DNA of 64,000 nt from Azolla caroliniana (GCA_043228905.1 JBHGNT010000006.1:11284001-11348000); one strand, 5' to 3'. Shown: positions 48,291 to 61,260, counted from the stretch's first letter. Made by a program: numbers and translations. The notes: generated by a model from the sequence alone, not told the origin.

Positions 48291-51034
48291 CAATTTAATG
48301 AAAGACGGCAAATTTTCTAGTAATTCTTCTGGAATGAACGTGTAATGAAAGAATGTAAAGTTTACATATACAGTGTGTTGCAACTATTTTTAGGAGACAG
48401 AGCATTAATTTTGCTATCAGCCCTGTCCAGTAGAGATCACCAATGAGCAATAGGAGTTAGGAGTTAAGGTGATCCATTTTCCAAGAAGCTACGTGTTGCA
48501 TAGGAAGAATAAATGGTTATGTTCGGTCATTTAAGCTATACATTTCTCCATCTTCTTTTCCTTTTCTCTACAATATGTTAGATCATCGTCAGCTTCCATC
48601 ACATGTTAATTATTATGGCAGAGAGGAATACAATGTATACTAAAGAAAACGATAGCAATGGTTATGTGAATAACCATCCACTCGAGTTGACATGTTTAAT
48701 ATTGGAATAGAATTTCCAAAAGATGTCTTATCAATATGGGCATTAACATATCACCGGGAAGAAAACTTCTAAAATGCTGTGTAAGAATACAACATTCGTG
48801 AGCATATATATTCATCCGGTCTATGAGTTGGTTTGTTGAACGGAAGCAATTATAGCCCCAAAAGAGGTGTCAAGATATGGCAATAACATATTATCAAGCA
48901 ATTAGAGTATAATGGTTATGGATAATAGATATACATAGATACGTGCATCCAATCAACATGTATGTTGATGGAATCAAAGCTTTGTATGAGGGTTTTTACT
49001 GGACTCAACTTACCAAGAAGCGAAATTATGTAATGGCATGTAAGAATACAATGGGTTAGGTACAATTTTTATGGAAGCTCCACTTGAGAGGTCTTAGTTA
49101 CCAACCACTACCAAGAAGCAAAGTTTAAAAGAATGGTACAATGAGAAATAAGACAATATAATTATTATTACCTAGACGAAATAAGACATTTGGGAGACAC
49201 AGGGAACGGATGGGATATGAAGGGAGAGTGGCAACAATGGTGGCCAATCATTGGCGATGACGATGACGATAACGATGACGATGATGATGAAGCAAGAGCA
49301 TCCGGAAGAGGGGAAGGAAATCTGGAACAGGAGATACTCAAGAACAGAGGACGAGTATTGAATGATGGGCAATACATAGGTACTTTTCTCCTCTCCCTGT
49401 TTTTTCCTTCTTTATTGATGATCCACAACACCAGAGAATGATGAATAAACGAATAAGTGAATGAAAGAATGACTAAATGAATTATGTGTAAGTTTTTTAA
49501 CCTTTATACTGATTCATGTATTGATTCTTTACATGTATGTACATATATAACCCCACCTTGTCACTCTCTCCCTCTCCCTCTTTGTCAAGAAGAGGAAGAG
49601 GAAGGAAAAGGAGAAGAAGAAAGAGAAAGCCATAAAAGAGAGCTTCAACTGTTGATTCATCTTCCCTTCTGATCATTATATGTACTAGAGTGTGTTTATC
49701 TGTCTTCTGTAAAACTCTCACACGATCTTTCTGTTTTCATATACGGCTTTCACTGTCGTTTATTTAACCTTGACTTGCTATCCCATTCATGACGACGATG
49801 ATGCAATGCTTCTTTTCTTCATCCATCCATTCAAAGAGTGTATACATATACATATACTTTTTGGCTCCTTTACATTTCTTTTATTGTCATTTTGTCCAAA
49901 ATCTGTCTACATGAGCTATTTCTCTTCAATACGCAACCGAATCTCGGAGAATCCTCGCACCAACCTCGATTTTCCTTCTATAAATTTGCATCTGACCGTT
50001 CAATCAGATGCTTCTTGTGATAGATAGGTTTCTCATCGGATGCAAATAATGGCAAATAATGGTCGCGAGGAGATTGAATGATTCGAGGGCTTAACTTGAA
50101 GGCTTCTTACGGCGCTTTCCAGAGCCACAACAAGGATCAAGACATTATAATTTATAACCATGATACCATGTCTCATTATGCCTCATCAATGGGGAAGTCT
50201 GGAAAAGGTAATATAAATAATATACAAATATAGTATATGGTTGTTTTAAACAACTTTACAGACCGACAAGGAATGATAGGTTCATGAAGACAGATAACTA
50301 TGTTAGCGAGTGTGTCGTCGTTGAAATTTGGGGACTCCCTATGAAAGGGTAAAAGCTAGCACAAGACTACTTTGATTAAATATTTGCCTTGCTCAACTTG
50401 GATCATCTAGTGGTTTGGGTATAGTTTTTCATTGTTATCGTAATGTTTTTGCGTTATTGTTTCATAACATCTTAAAACCTCAAAAAGCTTGTAAATCTTT
50501 GTAGCCTTCCTTTGTGTTCACCCACACCTTCTCAACTATGTGTTGTGGTACCAACAAGTATAAACTTTATCACTCCATAATAGAAATAATATACTACATT
50601 TAAAAACTCATAACTATAAATATGTCTCTAAGCTACCTTTTTTCCCATTAGTTAGGAGAGATTATTACAGAAAGACTATGCAAGGTGACTTATACATAAA
50701 TCGAGGAATCACCCTCCAACCGAGTTCAAGAATATGAGACTATGTACATGTCCTTTCAAACTGACTACTTAATGTAAGTAGGTACCTATAGTTATAAACT
50801 AGTGCCCTTCATCACTGGCCAGTACGAACCAGATCCTGTGGCTGACAACAAAGGGAGGTTGGGAGGTGAGTAGGAAACAACCTGCGTGGGGGTTGGTAGA
50901 TCCACCTCGAGTCGTTTCCTCCTTGCGTCACCATCAGCATGTTTTGCCATTTCTGCCAGAAGCGCAAACGGGTAGTGACCAAGTCATTGGAGTGGCCATA
51001 AACCTCGTCCAATTGGCCTCGTAGGCATGGTATT

Positions 51035-51536
51035 CTCAAGCTCCCTGCCATGGCATCCTTCGCCGATGTCATACATCCCGACATTCTAGTCGTCCCTGGT
51101 GGCCCCGGTTGCTTTGTGGCTGCCAAGGACCTTGCTCTTATCAGTTGGATCAACCAGATATCCACATATTTGTATACGTTGTCATGAAGGATTTTGGCCA
51201 TAGGAGGAAAGGGGAATCGAATGCGCGTGAACGGGAGTGTGCAAGGATGCACACAAATGAGGCTTATGTATATAATAAGAACATATACTCAAGCTCCCTA
51301 CCACCGCATCATTCGTCGATGTCACACACCCCGACATTCTAGTTGTCCTCAGTGGCCCCGGTTGCTTCATGGCTGCCAAGGACCCTGCTCTTATTAGTTG
51401 GATCAACCAGGTATCCACATATCTGTATACGTTGTCGTGAAGGATTCTGGCCATAGGAGGAAAGGGGAGCCGGATGCGCGTGAACGGGGGTGTGCAAGGA
51501 TGCACATGAATGAGGCTTATGTATATATTAAGAACA
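51035..51536. repeat. 253-bp tandem duplication (2 copies), probably in the U3 of a decayed gypsy LTR
   Basis: CTCAAGCTCCCT...AAGAACA at 51035-51283 and 51288-51536. TATAAAA at ~51709 downstream. Confidence 0.88.
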
Positions 51537-52019
51537 AATGTAAATATCGAAATATAATAAGTACTAGGCGGTATGATTCAGATGGGTACTTTAATGTCCC
51601 ACAAAAAGAGAGAATGAAATGTGTGTAGGGAGGAAAACGAGGGGAATCACTGACAGAATCGGTTGTCTTAAACAGCTGATGTAACACAGATTCTCCTCTC
51701 CTGGGATCTATAAAAGGAGAGGAGAGAGACCATTAGGGGGATCCAATGTTTTGAAGGGGAAGCGTTGTCAGATTGATCTCTGTAGGGTTTTTGATTTTCT
51801 GCTCTGTGTGTTCGTTAGGTGTTGGTGAGGCCTTTGCTCGTGTAGGAAGCCTGTGTGCTCCCGACTAGAGGCTCATCAGTCCGGTGTCTGCATGGGTATG
51901 TCAAGAGCTCGAAGCTCTGTTACCGGTCGAGTCTAGTTGTATTTCTCTTATTATAAGTTAATCGACTGTCTCGTTGTTTCCTAGATTTCCCATGTCCTTT
52001 TGTTTTAGTTGCGTCCCAC

Positions 52020-53722
52020 ATGTGTGCGTGCCTGAGCGTCCCGAAGGACAGATGGTTGTCCGGATTCCCATGGGTCGTAATGCCGAGCATCCACACGGAA
52101 GTACTCGAGGTTCAAACCGACTGTCGGAATTGGTCGGAGTTGGAGGGACGGCTCCTCGAAAGATACGGCTTCAACGACTTGCTTCGGTTGTCGAAGAGGG
52201 AGTTCATGGAGTGGGTTGAGCTCCCCGACAAAGGCCGGAACACATCAATGCTTCTCCAGAAGTTTGAGAAGCGATTTGCGTGTCTTTCGATGTTGGACTA
52301 GATCGTGCTCGATATGAGCAAGGTTCTACTATTTCTCAAGTCGATCGACTCACTTGATTGGGAAAAGGTAGGTCTCCTATTGGAGACGGATGATGAACTC
52401 ACGACCGATTGGACCGTGGTAAAGGGGGTATGTAGTCATTTCGATAAACAACAAGAGGAGAATAACGAGGGCACGTCATCGGTAGGCCCAACTACTAGGA
52501 GGATGATTGGAGAAGTACCGACTCGGCCAGGTGAGACGAGTCGGAGATTCGAGTCGGGGGCGACACCGATGAACGTCCATGATGGCTCAATGGGAGGTGC
52601 AACATTGGAGGAGTTGACCAAAATGGCGCGAGACCTCTAGATCGCGCAAGCACAAAGGGAAGGTGATGGTCAATTGCGCGGCGCCCACCGAACGACCCAA
52701 AGTTCATATGGTGTGACGCCGTCGGCAACATTCGGAGGGAGTGCGCTGGCTTTGCTGATGCACTCAAAGCATTGTTGTGTACTTGTGGAACAGTCGGGTA
52801 CACACGAGTGAGACCTGGAAACCCCTTGAGATGAACATTGGTTGAGTGGGGATGAAAAGATTGATGGAGGAAGCCACGACCTGAAATGTTGAGGCTATTC
52901 ACTACTCGGCATATTTCGGCATCGGGTCGGAGGAGAAAGGGGCATTGGATTTGGTAGAGATGTCGTATTCTGGCCGATAGTACTTGACAACTTCTCTGGG
53001 AAGAAGCTAAGGAAGGATGAGGCGGACTGCGCGGGGCGGCGGGTACAGGAGGTCACCAGATGGAGTGATCTAGGTGTCGGGAATTGGAATGTGCCACAAA
53101 CAAACGTGTTGGGCTGTAGGACCAATCCAAACCTTCTGACATGTTGAGGAGTAAACTGGCTTCGTAGAAACCGCGTGCTAGAACTACAAGGTTCTGGTGG
53201 AAGACAAACGGGTTGGAAAGGTCAGAGAGGCCAGACCCTCGAACCGGCAAGAGACCTGAAACGGACTGAGGAAGGAGGATGTGGGTTCGGCTGGCCGACA
53301 AGAGAAGGAAAAGGGGAAGTTTCAGAGCTTCCGACTGAGCTCGGAAATTGAAAAGATGAAAGGATTACGAAAGATCTTAGAGGAGCGGATCTTTGACAAT
53401 CGGGTGGAACTCACGCTGCAAGAAGTGTTGGGGATAGTGAAGAAGGAGTTCCACAACAACATCATCGACCTAATGAAGAGGAAGCGGCTATCGGTAGAGC
53501 CGGAGGCAAAAAAATTAGTTGAGGTGAGGATGACATTGATCGATGAAGTGACAGTGGAGGACGAGTTCGCCGACAAGTACTACACCAAGCCGCATTGGGC
53601 AAGAGCGATAACCAAAATGCTGGTTCGGATCGGTGACGTTAGGGAGCCAGTAGTAGCGTTGATCGACCATGGATTGGAGATAAACTTGATGTCCATGGAC
53701 TTTTACAAGAAAGGGAAGTGGC
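52020..53722 (+). pseudogene. Degenerate Ty3/gypsy gag-protease fragment
   Basis: Gag-like fragments (WSELEGRLLERYG), a decayed knuckle near 52710 and a retropepsin-like motif VALIDHGLEINLMS. Many stops. Confidence 0.65.
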
Positions 53723-54186
53723 AACAAACGGATATACTCAAAGAACAAAGATGAACAAGACATAGAGAACGCCAACACCTGAACAATGTTGGGCCATTGA
53801 TATTAGCACATCGGATTCATGGATCGTCCATTACGCCGGCATGATCTCACAACACACAATCATTCTTCTCTGTTGATTTCGGTTCTCTCCTACTTCTGCA
53901 CACCCACACACTAATCATAGCTACTATTCCCCTAGCTTTATAGATATACATAAGAAGTATATATACATATTTACAAATATAGCCCCAATTCGGCTTCAAC
54001 CGGATCGACTATTTGACCGATTCGGCTAATGGGCCTTACTCAAACAATCGGTTCTCATACTTGTCCGGTTCACTATCGGACTGGCCGGCATACAGTTGGC
54101 TCTTAGCTGGCTAGGCTTTCCTCCCATTAGGAGGAACCTCTTCTTCACAACAATTAGTAATACACTCTTAACAATGGTATCAGAGC
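53723..54186. mobile_element. Truncated copia-type LTR fragment (layout similar to family C) followed by another LTR end plus iMet PBS
   Basis: Shares ATTTACAAATATAGCC with the C LTR and ends ...CACAACA at 54152. TTAACA-A-TGGTATCAGAGC at 54168-54186. Confidence 0.5.
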
Positions 54187-54463
54187 ATTTACTAACATTT
54201 TATTTTTGTTGTTTTGATGTTTTTTGTGTGAGCATTGGGGATCTAACAAGGGTCATCGTGTTTTTCTCAGGCTCAAAACAACATTCAAACCGAGTATTTT
54301 TCTTTCTCAATCTCTCTCTTCTTTCTATGAGATGTTCTTCTTGGTCGAATGAAATTTGTATTACGTTTTCTTTCTTTTCATTCTTCTTTGCTACCATGAT
54401 ACAATAATAATTATTATTGTGCATCAGGTCAAGCATGTTTGCACTAATTGCACATGCTCAACA

Positions 54464-55082
54464 TGTTAGGAATTTGTCCCTCCTATGGGAGAAGTCGAAA
54501 GTCGAAGTCAAGGAAGATGTCGGCAATCGAATCGACAAGCTGAACACAAATTGGTCGGTCGGATCGACTAATGAGTCGGCGGGGTGGATAGAGATAGAGA
54601 GTCGACTATGATAGTCAACTACATTGGATGGATGCTCCAAGTTGAAGACAAGGCCGACAAGTCGGGCCGATTAATTATTATTATTATGTATATAATAATA
54701 ATATGCCACTCCTATAAATAGGAATAGCTAGGGCAAACTTATGTAGAATGATGTACATAGTGCAAGGAAGTGTATAGAGATTTTGTAATAAAGAGCAGAA
54801 GTGTGCGCAATAGAGAATAGGAAGGGACGAGAGATAGAGCATGAGTGTGAGTGACACTCTTGTAAAACCCTAAATGTTGAATGCTTCGAGATAACAGATT
54901 CCTTGTAATCTGTTTTACCTCTTGTATCTCTATTGTATAGTGCATATTTGTTGCCATGGTTTTTCCCCTATTTAAGGATTCCACTTAAAACCTGTGTACT
55001 GTGTATTTTCAGAGTCTATTTTCTGTTTCCGTGTTGTACATTTCAATCCATCTTTCTCATAGATCTACTGTCTGATCGCACA
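54464..55082 (+). mobile_element. Probable solo LTR
   Basis: Starts TGTTAGG, has GTCGA/GTCGG-rich U3 and TATAAATA at ~54713, and ends CA. Near-match TSD CAACA/CAACT. Confidence 0.5.
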
Positions 55083-55183
55083 CAACTCATGGCCCTTTTG
55101 CATATTGCGTTCTATATGCCACTCTCCCCTCTATTGAGCCATCAATTGGTTGATTCTATGGGATGTAGTAGTCTTGACCACGA

Positions 55184-56002
55184 TGTCGTGCCTTTCGGCT
55201 CCGGATCGTTGCGTGAGTCAAGTGGGAACCACCGAGGTTTTGGACTAGGAGGAGGAAGAATTTGAGGCTAATCTAGTTATGAATATGAATAGATTATAAG
55301 AAAGAGATATAGAAACTTGTGAATCCCACAAGTATAATTGTTTTAGTTTATCTTAATCGTAGTAATAAATTGAAATAGTTTAGAATAGGTTAGCGTAGAT
55401 TGAGAAAAGAGATCAAACCTTGTGAATCCCACAAGTATTACATTAATCAATATTTATGTAAGAATATGAATTTAGATTGAAAGATTATATAAAACTTCGT
55501 GAATCCCACGATTCTATTTTATTATTGGTGTTTTAGGAAATATATCCAATTTCCCAAATATTTCACAGACACCTTACATTGTGCTCCCTATCCTTATGTA
55601 GTGATGAGGGAGTCTTAGCAATCCATGCTTTTTCTTCTCTAACTATAGACTTTATGCTTTATCTAAAGTGATCATGCTTTTTCTATCTTGTGCGTTTTTT
55701 ATCGACTATAACGTTCATGCACGCTAGATATGCATGCGTAGCTTTTTCTTTTAGCATGCGTTTTCCTTTTAACTAAAGTTTATCCTACATGAACTTACGT
55801 TTTTTATGTGGGACATCTATTTTTTAATATGAATGAAATGCTAGTGTAATGGTAAGGTTTTATATTATTAAGATGGAGGTGCAAGGTTCGAATCTTGCCC
55901 TATCCATGTTATATACTTTTTAATATTTTCTACTATTTATTCATATTTATTAAATCAGTACTTTATAAGTTTTTCACGTAGTGTACGAAATACACTACGA
56001 CA
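55184..56002 (-). mobile_element. Solo LTR family F, copy 2, with 4-bp TSD ACGA
   Basis: TGTCGT...ACGACA termini. ACGA at 55180-55183 and 56003-56006. Confidence 0.88.
55835..55906 (+). other. tRNA-like (box A/box B) cassette in family F LTR (also 56947-57018 on + and 29635-29707 on -)
   Basis: TAGTGTAATGGTAAG ... AGGT GCAAG-GTTCGAAT-CTTGC. Confidence 0.62.
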
Positions 56003-56354
56003 ACGAGCATGTCGACTACCCTAGGGCTTCTTTCCTAAGGGCATGCTTAATGTTTCATACACCCATTTGATTATTATTCTAATTATTTTCTAATTATACA
56101 AGTTGTCTTCCCACTTTCTTATGGTTTTCTTGTAATTGTCATCTACTCACTAACACTTAACTCTATTTATTACTGTTAATTTTTATGTTCATCTACACTA
56201 TTTACATGCATTTCCCTAATAATGGTGTAATGATTCCGTGTAGACTATTTTTTTGCATTGAGTGGGCATCATGCCAATTTTTGAACATTTTTTCCAAAGT
56301 GACATCTAGGTTTAAGTCATGTAATCAAGCCTTAGAACTCGATTAGAAACACGT

Positions 56355-57115
56355 TGTCATGCCTTTCGGCACCAGATCGTTGCGTGAGTCGGGTGGAAAC
56401 CACTGGGGTTTTGGACTAGGAGGAAGAAGAATTTGAGACTAATTAGAATATAGATAGGTTGTAGGAAAGAGATATAGAAACCTCGTGAATCCCATGAGTG
56501 TATTGTATTAGATTAATCAATATAAAGATAATAATATGAATTTAGATAGAAAGAGAAGGATATAGAAACCTCGTGAATCCCACAAGTATAGTTTATTTCA
56601 TGAATCCCACAAATATAATTTATTAATTGGTGTTTTTAGAAATATATCCAATTTCCAAATATTTCACACCCTTATTACATTATGCTCCCCATCCTTATAT
56701 AGTGATGAGAGAGTCTTCGCAATTCATGCTTTTTATCTAATTATGCCCTCCATGCCTTTTCTATCAATAGACTATATGCTTTCTCTAACATGCTTTTTCT
56801 AAAGTCATTCGTTTTTTTTATCGACTATAGTGTTCATGCACGCTAGATGTGAATGTGTAGCTTTTTCTTTTATCATGCGTTTTCGTAAAGTCTATCCTAG
56901 CGTGAACTTACCTTTCTATGTGGGACATCTACTCTTTGACACTAATGATATGTTAGTGTAATGGTAAGGCTTCACATTATTAACATGGACGTACAAGGTT
57001 TTAATCTTGCCCTATGCATATAATATACATTTTGATATTTTCGTCGGTTTCTTCATATTTATTAAATCGGGTACTTTATACGTTTTTCACGTAGTGTACG
57101 AAATACACTACGACA
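56355..57115 (-). mobile_element. Solo LTR family F, copy 3, with 4-bp TSD ACGT
   Basis: TGTCAT...ACGACA termini. ACGT at 56351-56354 and 57116-57119. Collinear with copy 2. Confidence 0.88.
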
Positions 57116-57636
57116 ACGTGAGTTCACCTATGATGTTTTACACATTGTTGCACACAACACCACCACTTGTATCAATTTGTGGCCTTATGTTTGCAATTGT
57201 GCAAATCATATCACTATATTTGGATGGATATGTGCATACATTGTGTCAGAACCAAGGATAAAAGATAGAGTGATGGAAGAAGGATAGAGAAGAATGGATG
57301 TATAAGATAGAGAAAGAAAGAGAATGGATACAAGATATGTAATGAGAGCTAAAGACTGGTGTTGATTCGAATTGATTTGAGAATACATGTATGCGCTTAT
57401 TTATAGGTTTCTATAGAATAGCTTAGAGATTTCTAGAATGTTCTAGAATGTTCTAGACCTAGAATGCTCTAGGACATTCTAGAACATTCTAGAATAATCT
57501 AGAGTTTTTACAATAATCAATGTAATACAAGAAGTAGCTTTTATTGTTTCATATAACAATAAGCTATCTTAATGGTTGAGGTTTTCAAGTATGAATTACA
57601 AGGTTCGAGGTTCAAGTCCGGGTGACGCCATAATGG

Positions 57637-60600
57637 TCATGTGTTCATGACACTATCCCTCCTTCGAGAACGCCGAGTGGAAGTCAGCGTTAACATTGTT
57701 GGGCTGGGCTTGTTTGGATAGTGACGATGGAAGTCGGTGACCAGAGCTTCAGCATTACAAATGTTATCGATAGGTTCCCAATCACTCGGAGGATAACCAA
57801 GCCAATCAACTAGATAATAAAGCTTATTGCGCACAATCTTAGAATCGAGAATAGCAGCTACCTCGTATTCGGGGCCATCCACAAGTTGTATAGAAGGCGG
57901 TGGTGGCACAACACGATTAGGAATTAAAGAGGTGTGGCAAGGTTCCAAAAGAGAGCTATGAAAGACAGGGTGAAGCCGCATATGTGCAGGAAGGTTAAGA
58001 CGAAATGTTGCATCATTAATCTGCGCCGTGATGACAAAAGGACCTAAGCGTTGATAGTCAAGCTTAGCACACGGTCGGGTAGTCTTGATGTGACGACGAA
58101 GCAACCATACACGGTCACCAACCTTAAACGGAGACTTAAGACGATGTCGATCGGCATTGGTCTTATGGTGTGCTTGCGCTTTCTGAAGATGTGACGATAA
58201 CTCGAACTGGATTTGTTGTAGTCGGTGGAGGTGATGCGCCGCACTAGGGTTTCGTGACACCTCGGGAAGATCCAGTATACACCATCGAGGGTGGTTGCCG
58301 GTGTAGGCAAAGAAAGGTGTAACTTTGGTAGAAGAGTGGACCGTGTTGTTGTATGCAAACTCGGCAAGATGTAAAATTTTACTCCAATCATCTTGTTGAT
58401 AACTAATGAAACATCGAAGATATTGCTCGAGCGTTTGATTTGTGCGCTCTGTTTGTCCGTCAGTTTGTGGATGATAAGCCGAAGAGAGTTTGCAAGAGAT
58501 TTTGAGGCCTGCCCATAGGTGCTTCCAAAAGTGTGAGATAAATTGAGGACCTCGATCGCTAATAATATCATTCGGGAGACCATGATGGCGAAACACTTCA
58601 CGCATAATGAGATATGCAGTTTCTTCACTATTAATGGTCTTTACACATGGTACAAAATGTGCCATCTTGGTGAACCGATCCACTATTGTTAAAATAGTAT
58701 CAAAGCCTTTGGAAGGTGGCAGATCCGTAATGAAATCCATAGAAATAGACTGCCATGGCTTGTTGGGAGGGGGTAATGGTTGTAGTAAGCCATAAGGGTG
58801 ATGTCGGGGTATTTTGGCACGACAGCAGGTGTCACAAGTGCGAACATAATCTTCGACAAATTTTTGCAAGTGAGGCCACCAAAATGAACGTTTCACCAGC
58901 TCAATGGTCTTGGAAATACCAAAATGTCCAGCCATGGGGGCATCATGACAATGTTCCAACACTTGAAGTCGGGGTGATCCGTCGGGGACGTAAAGGAGAT
59001 TCTTGTAGAAGAGTAAACCATCTTGCCACTTGAAGTCCTGATAATGTTGAGATGACCCTGGCAATGTGGAGCAAGATGGACGACTTGAACCACAGTGGGC
59101 TAAGACATCCTTAGCAAAATCATCCAAATGAAGTTGTTGCCGAATAGTGTCAAGAAGGGTAGAATCAAGTGGTGTGGCATAAATTGTTGTTACCTGTAGC
59201 TTTGATGGCCCGAGGAGAGTTTGCTTTTGATTGTCAAAGGCCGGATCTCCAGGTCGAAGGGCTAGATACGAACGCCGAGACAGAGCATCTGCTTTCCCTT
59301 GTTGTTTTCCGGGGCGAAAAATGATCTTGAAATCGAAACGCGTTAGAAATTGGGCCCACCGAGCTTGTCGTCTATTTAATACTCGAGCTGTTTGAAAATA
59401 TGTGAGATTTTTGTGATCACTATAAATGATAATCTGATGAGGTGATCCTTCTAGAAAATGACGCCATTGCTCAAATGAGTCGACCACAGGTAGTAACTCC
59501 TTGTCATGCACCTCATAGTTTATCTCCGAAACAGTAAACTTTCTCGAGTGAAACGCGACTGGATGTATCTGCCCGTCCTCGCCTGGTTGCGATAGGATAC
59601 TCCCCAATGCAAAGTCTGATGCATCCGCCTCAATAGTAAATGGCTTTTCAGGATCAATATGTGCTAGGATGGGTGCTGATGTGAATGCCTCTTTCAGTTG
59701 CGTAAAAGCCTTGTCCGCTTCGATACTCCAAAAAAATGCTTGATTTTTCTTGGTGAGTTGAGTAAGGGGCAACACAATGCTTGAATAATTATGTATGAAT
59801 TTGCGATAGAAGTTCGCAAATCCGAGGAAACACTGGACATCCCGAACTGAGCATGGGGGTTTCCATTCCAATATTGTTTGGACTTTTGCCGAGTCCATGA
59901 AAACACCCTGGGATGAAATAGTATATCCCAAAAATTCAACTTGTTTGCAATCAAAACTGCATTTCTCAAGTTTGGCGTAAAGACCATACTTCCTTAGGCG
60001 TTCAAGTACTTGCCGCACATGTATATCATGCTCCCCCTGTGTTTTAGAGTAAATCAATAGATCATCTAGGTAGATGATTAGAAAAATATCCAAGAAATCC
60101 CGGAAGATGTCATTTGCCATATGTTGGAATACGGCAGGTGCATTTGTGAGCCCGAAAGGCATGACTGTATACTCGAAATGACCATACCGAGTACGAAATG
60201 TTGTTTTCCACTCATCTCCCGGCCGAATTCGAACAAGATTATATGCACCCCTTAGATCAATTTTGGTAAAATGCTTTGCCCCACCAATGCGTTCTAAGAG
60301 ATTGGAGATTAAAGGTAAAGCATACCTATTCCTTATGGTGACTTTATTTAAGCCTCGATAGTCCACGACCAAACGAAGGGAGCCGTCCTTTTTCTTCACA
60401 AAAAAGATAGGAGCACCAGCTGGAGACTTTGAATGTCGAATAAACCCATGTGCAAGATTTTCCTCGATGTATTCTCGAAGAACCTCAAGCTCAGTGGGTG
60501 ATAAATTGTAAATCGGACCCCACGGAGGCTCTTTTCCTGGTTGGAGATCAATAGGACAGTCGTACGGCCGATGCTTTGGAAGAACTCTAGCTTTGACTTT

Positions 60601-61260
60601 GTCGAAAACATTAGCATAGTCTTGATATTTTTTGGGAATTTGGATGTCTGAATTCCCTTGAGTGACACTAGAAGGTGTCACTGATACTGCAAATAAGAAA
60701 AGGTCCTCCTTGCCTCCCACTTGGTGCAATTGATGCAATGTGATGGCTGAAATTTGATGAGAAGGATATGGTGCATTGGTAGAACTATATACTTTGGGAG
60801 GATAATCCCGAGTTCGATCCTTGAGAATGATATTTTCTGCTAAAGGGCACCTAATTTCTCGCTTCCTCCAATCGATTCTAGGGTTATGTAGCTCGAACCA
60901 TGGCAAACCGAGGACAATTGGATGCTCAGGACTACAGATTATGTTAAAGGAAACTACACATCCTAAATCACCCAAGAGTATGTGTATTGGCTCAGACTCT
61001 TCAAATATCTTCCCGGAAGCAATGGGGCGTCCATCAATCACTACTACGGAAACTGGACAAGGAAGTGTATGCAAGGATATTTGGTGTTTTTGGGCAAAAT
61101 CTCTATCCATGAAACAAGAATTGGCTCCAGTATCTAAGAGGGCTTGGACTTGAAGTTGACAACTGGGTGTCCTAACTTGTACTAGGGCTGGGAAGACTCT
61201 ACTAACATGCTTGGAAGAAATGGAACCCACACTAGGTTGTACATATCTAGGGTTGTCCAA
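57637..61260 (-). CDS. pol: Pol polyprotein: protease, RT, RNase H, integrase, chromodomain
   Basis: 1207-aa ORF with LLDTGA, IYLDD, DASDF...SDHKNL, HHCC and DDE integrase, and C-terminal EYEVAAILDS...YLVDWLGY. In the -1 frame relative to gag; that frame is open back to ~61323. Confidence 0.96.
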   Translation of the reverse strand: MDNPRYVQPSVGSISSKHVSRVFPALVQVRTPSCQLQVQALLDTGANSCFMDRDFAQKHQISLHTLPCPVSVVVIDGRPIASGKIFEESEPIHILLGDLGCVVSFNIICSPEHPIVLGLPWFELHNPRIDWRKREIRCPLAENIILKDRTRDYPPKVYSSTNAPYPSHQISAITLHQLHQVGGKEDLFLFAVSVTPSSVTQGNSDIQIPKKYQDYANVFDKVKARVLPKHRPYDCPIDLQPGKEPPWGPIYNLSPTELEVLREYIEENLAHGFIRHSKSPAGAPIFFVKKKDGSLRLVVDYRGLNKVTIRNRYALPLISNLLERIGGAKHFTKIDLRGAYNLVRIRPGDEWKTTFRTRYGHFEYTVMPFGLTNAPAVFQHMANDIFRDFLDIFLIIYLDDLLIYSKTQGEHDIHVRQVLERLRKYGLYAKLEKCSFDCKQVEFLGYTISSQGVFMDSAKVQTILEWKPPCSVRDVQCFLGFANFYRKFIHNYSSIVLPLTQLTKKNQAFFWSIEADKAFTQLKEAFTSAPILAHIDPEKPFTIEADASDFALGSILSQPGEDGQIHPVAFHSRKFTVSEINYEVHDKELLPVVDSFEQWRHFLEGSPHQIIIYSDHKNLTYFQTARVLNRRQARWAQFLTRFDFKIIFRPGKQQGKADALSRRSYLALRPGDPAFDNQKQTLLGPSKLQVTTIYATPLDSTLLDTIRQQLHLDDFAKDVLAHCGSSRPSCSTLPGSSQHYQDFKWQDGLLFYKNLLYVPDGSPRLQVLEHCHDAPMAGHFGISKTIELVKRSFWWPHLQKFVEDYVRTCDTCCRAKIPRHHPYGLLQPLPPPNKPWQSISMDFITDLPPSKGFDTILTIVDRFTKMAHFVPCVKTINSEETAYLIMREVFRHHGLPNDIISDRGPQFISHFWKHLWAGLKISCKLSSAYHPQTDGQTERTNQTLEQYLRCFISYQQDDWSKILHLAEFAYNNTVHSSTKVTPFFAYTGNHPRWCILDLPEVSRNPSAAHHLHRLQQIQFELSSHLQKAQAHHKTNADRHRLKSPFKVGDRVWLLRRHIKTTRPCAKLDYQRLGPFVITAQINDATFRLNLPAHMRLHPVFHSSLLEPCHTSLIPNRVVPPPPSIQLVDGPEYEVAAILDSKIVRNKLYYLVDWLGYPPSDWEPIDNICNAEALVTDFHRHYPNKPSPTMLTLTSTRRSRRRDSVMNT

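Noticed and set aside
49168-49441. Short Asp-rich or Ser-rich ORFs
   Set aside because: They arise from a GAT/GAC trinucleotide tract and show no recognisable domain. The region may be UTR or upstream sequence of the channel gene.
55835-55906. Functional tRNA gene (a TTA triplet in the loop could suggest an ochre suppressor)
   Set aside because: The acceptor stem does not pair, U33 is absent and the copies diverge. Reported only as tRNA-like.
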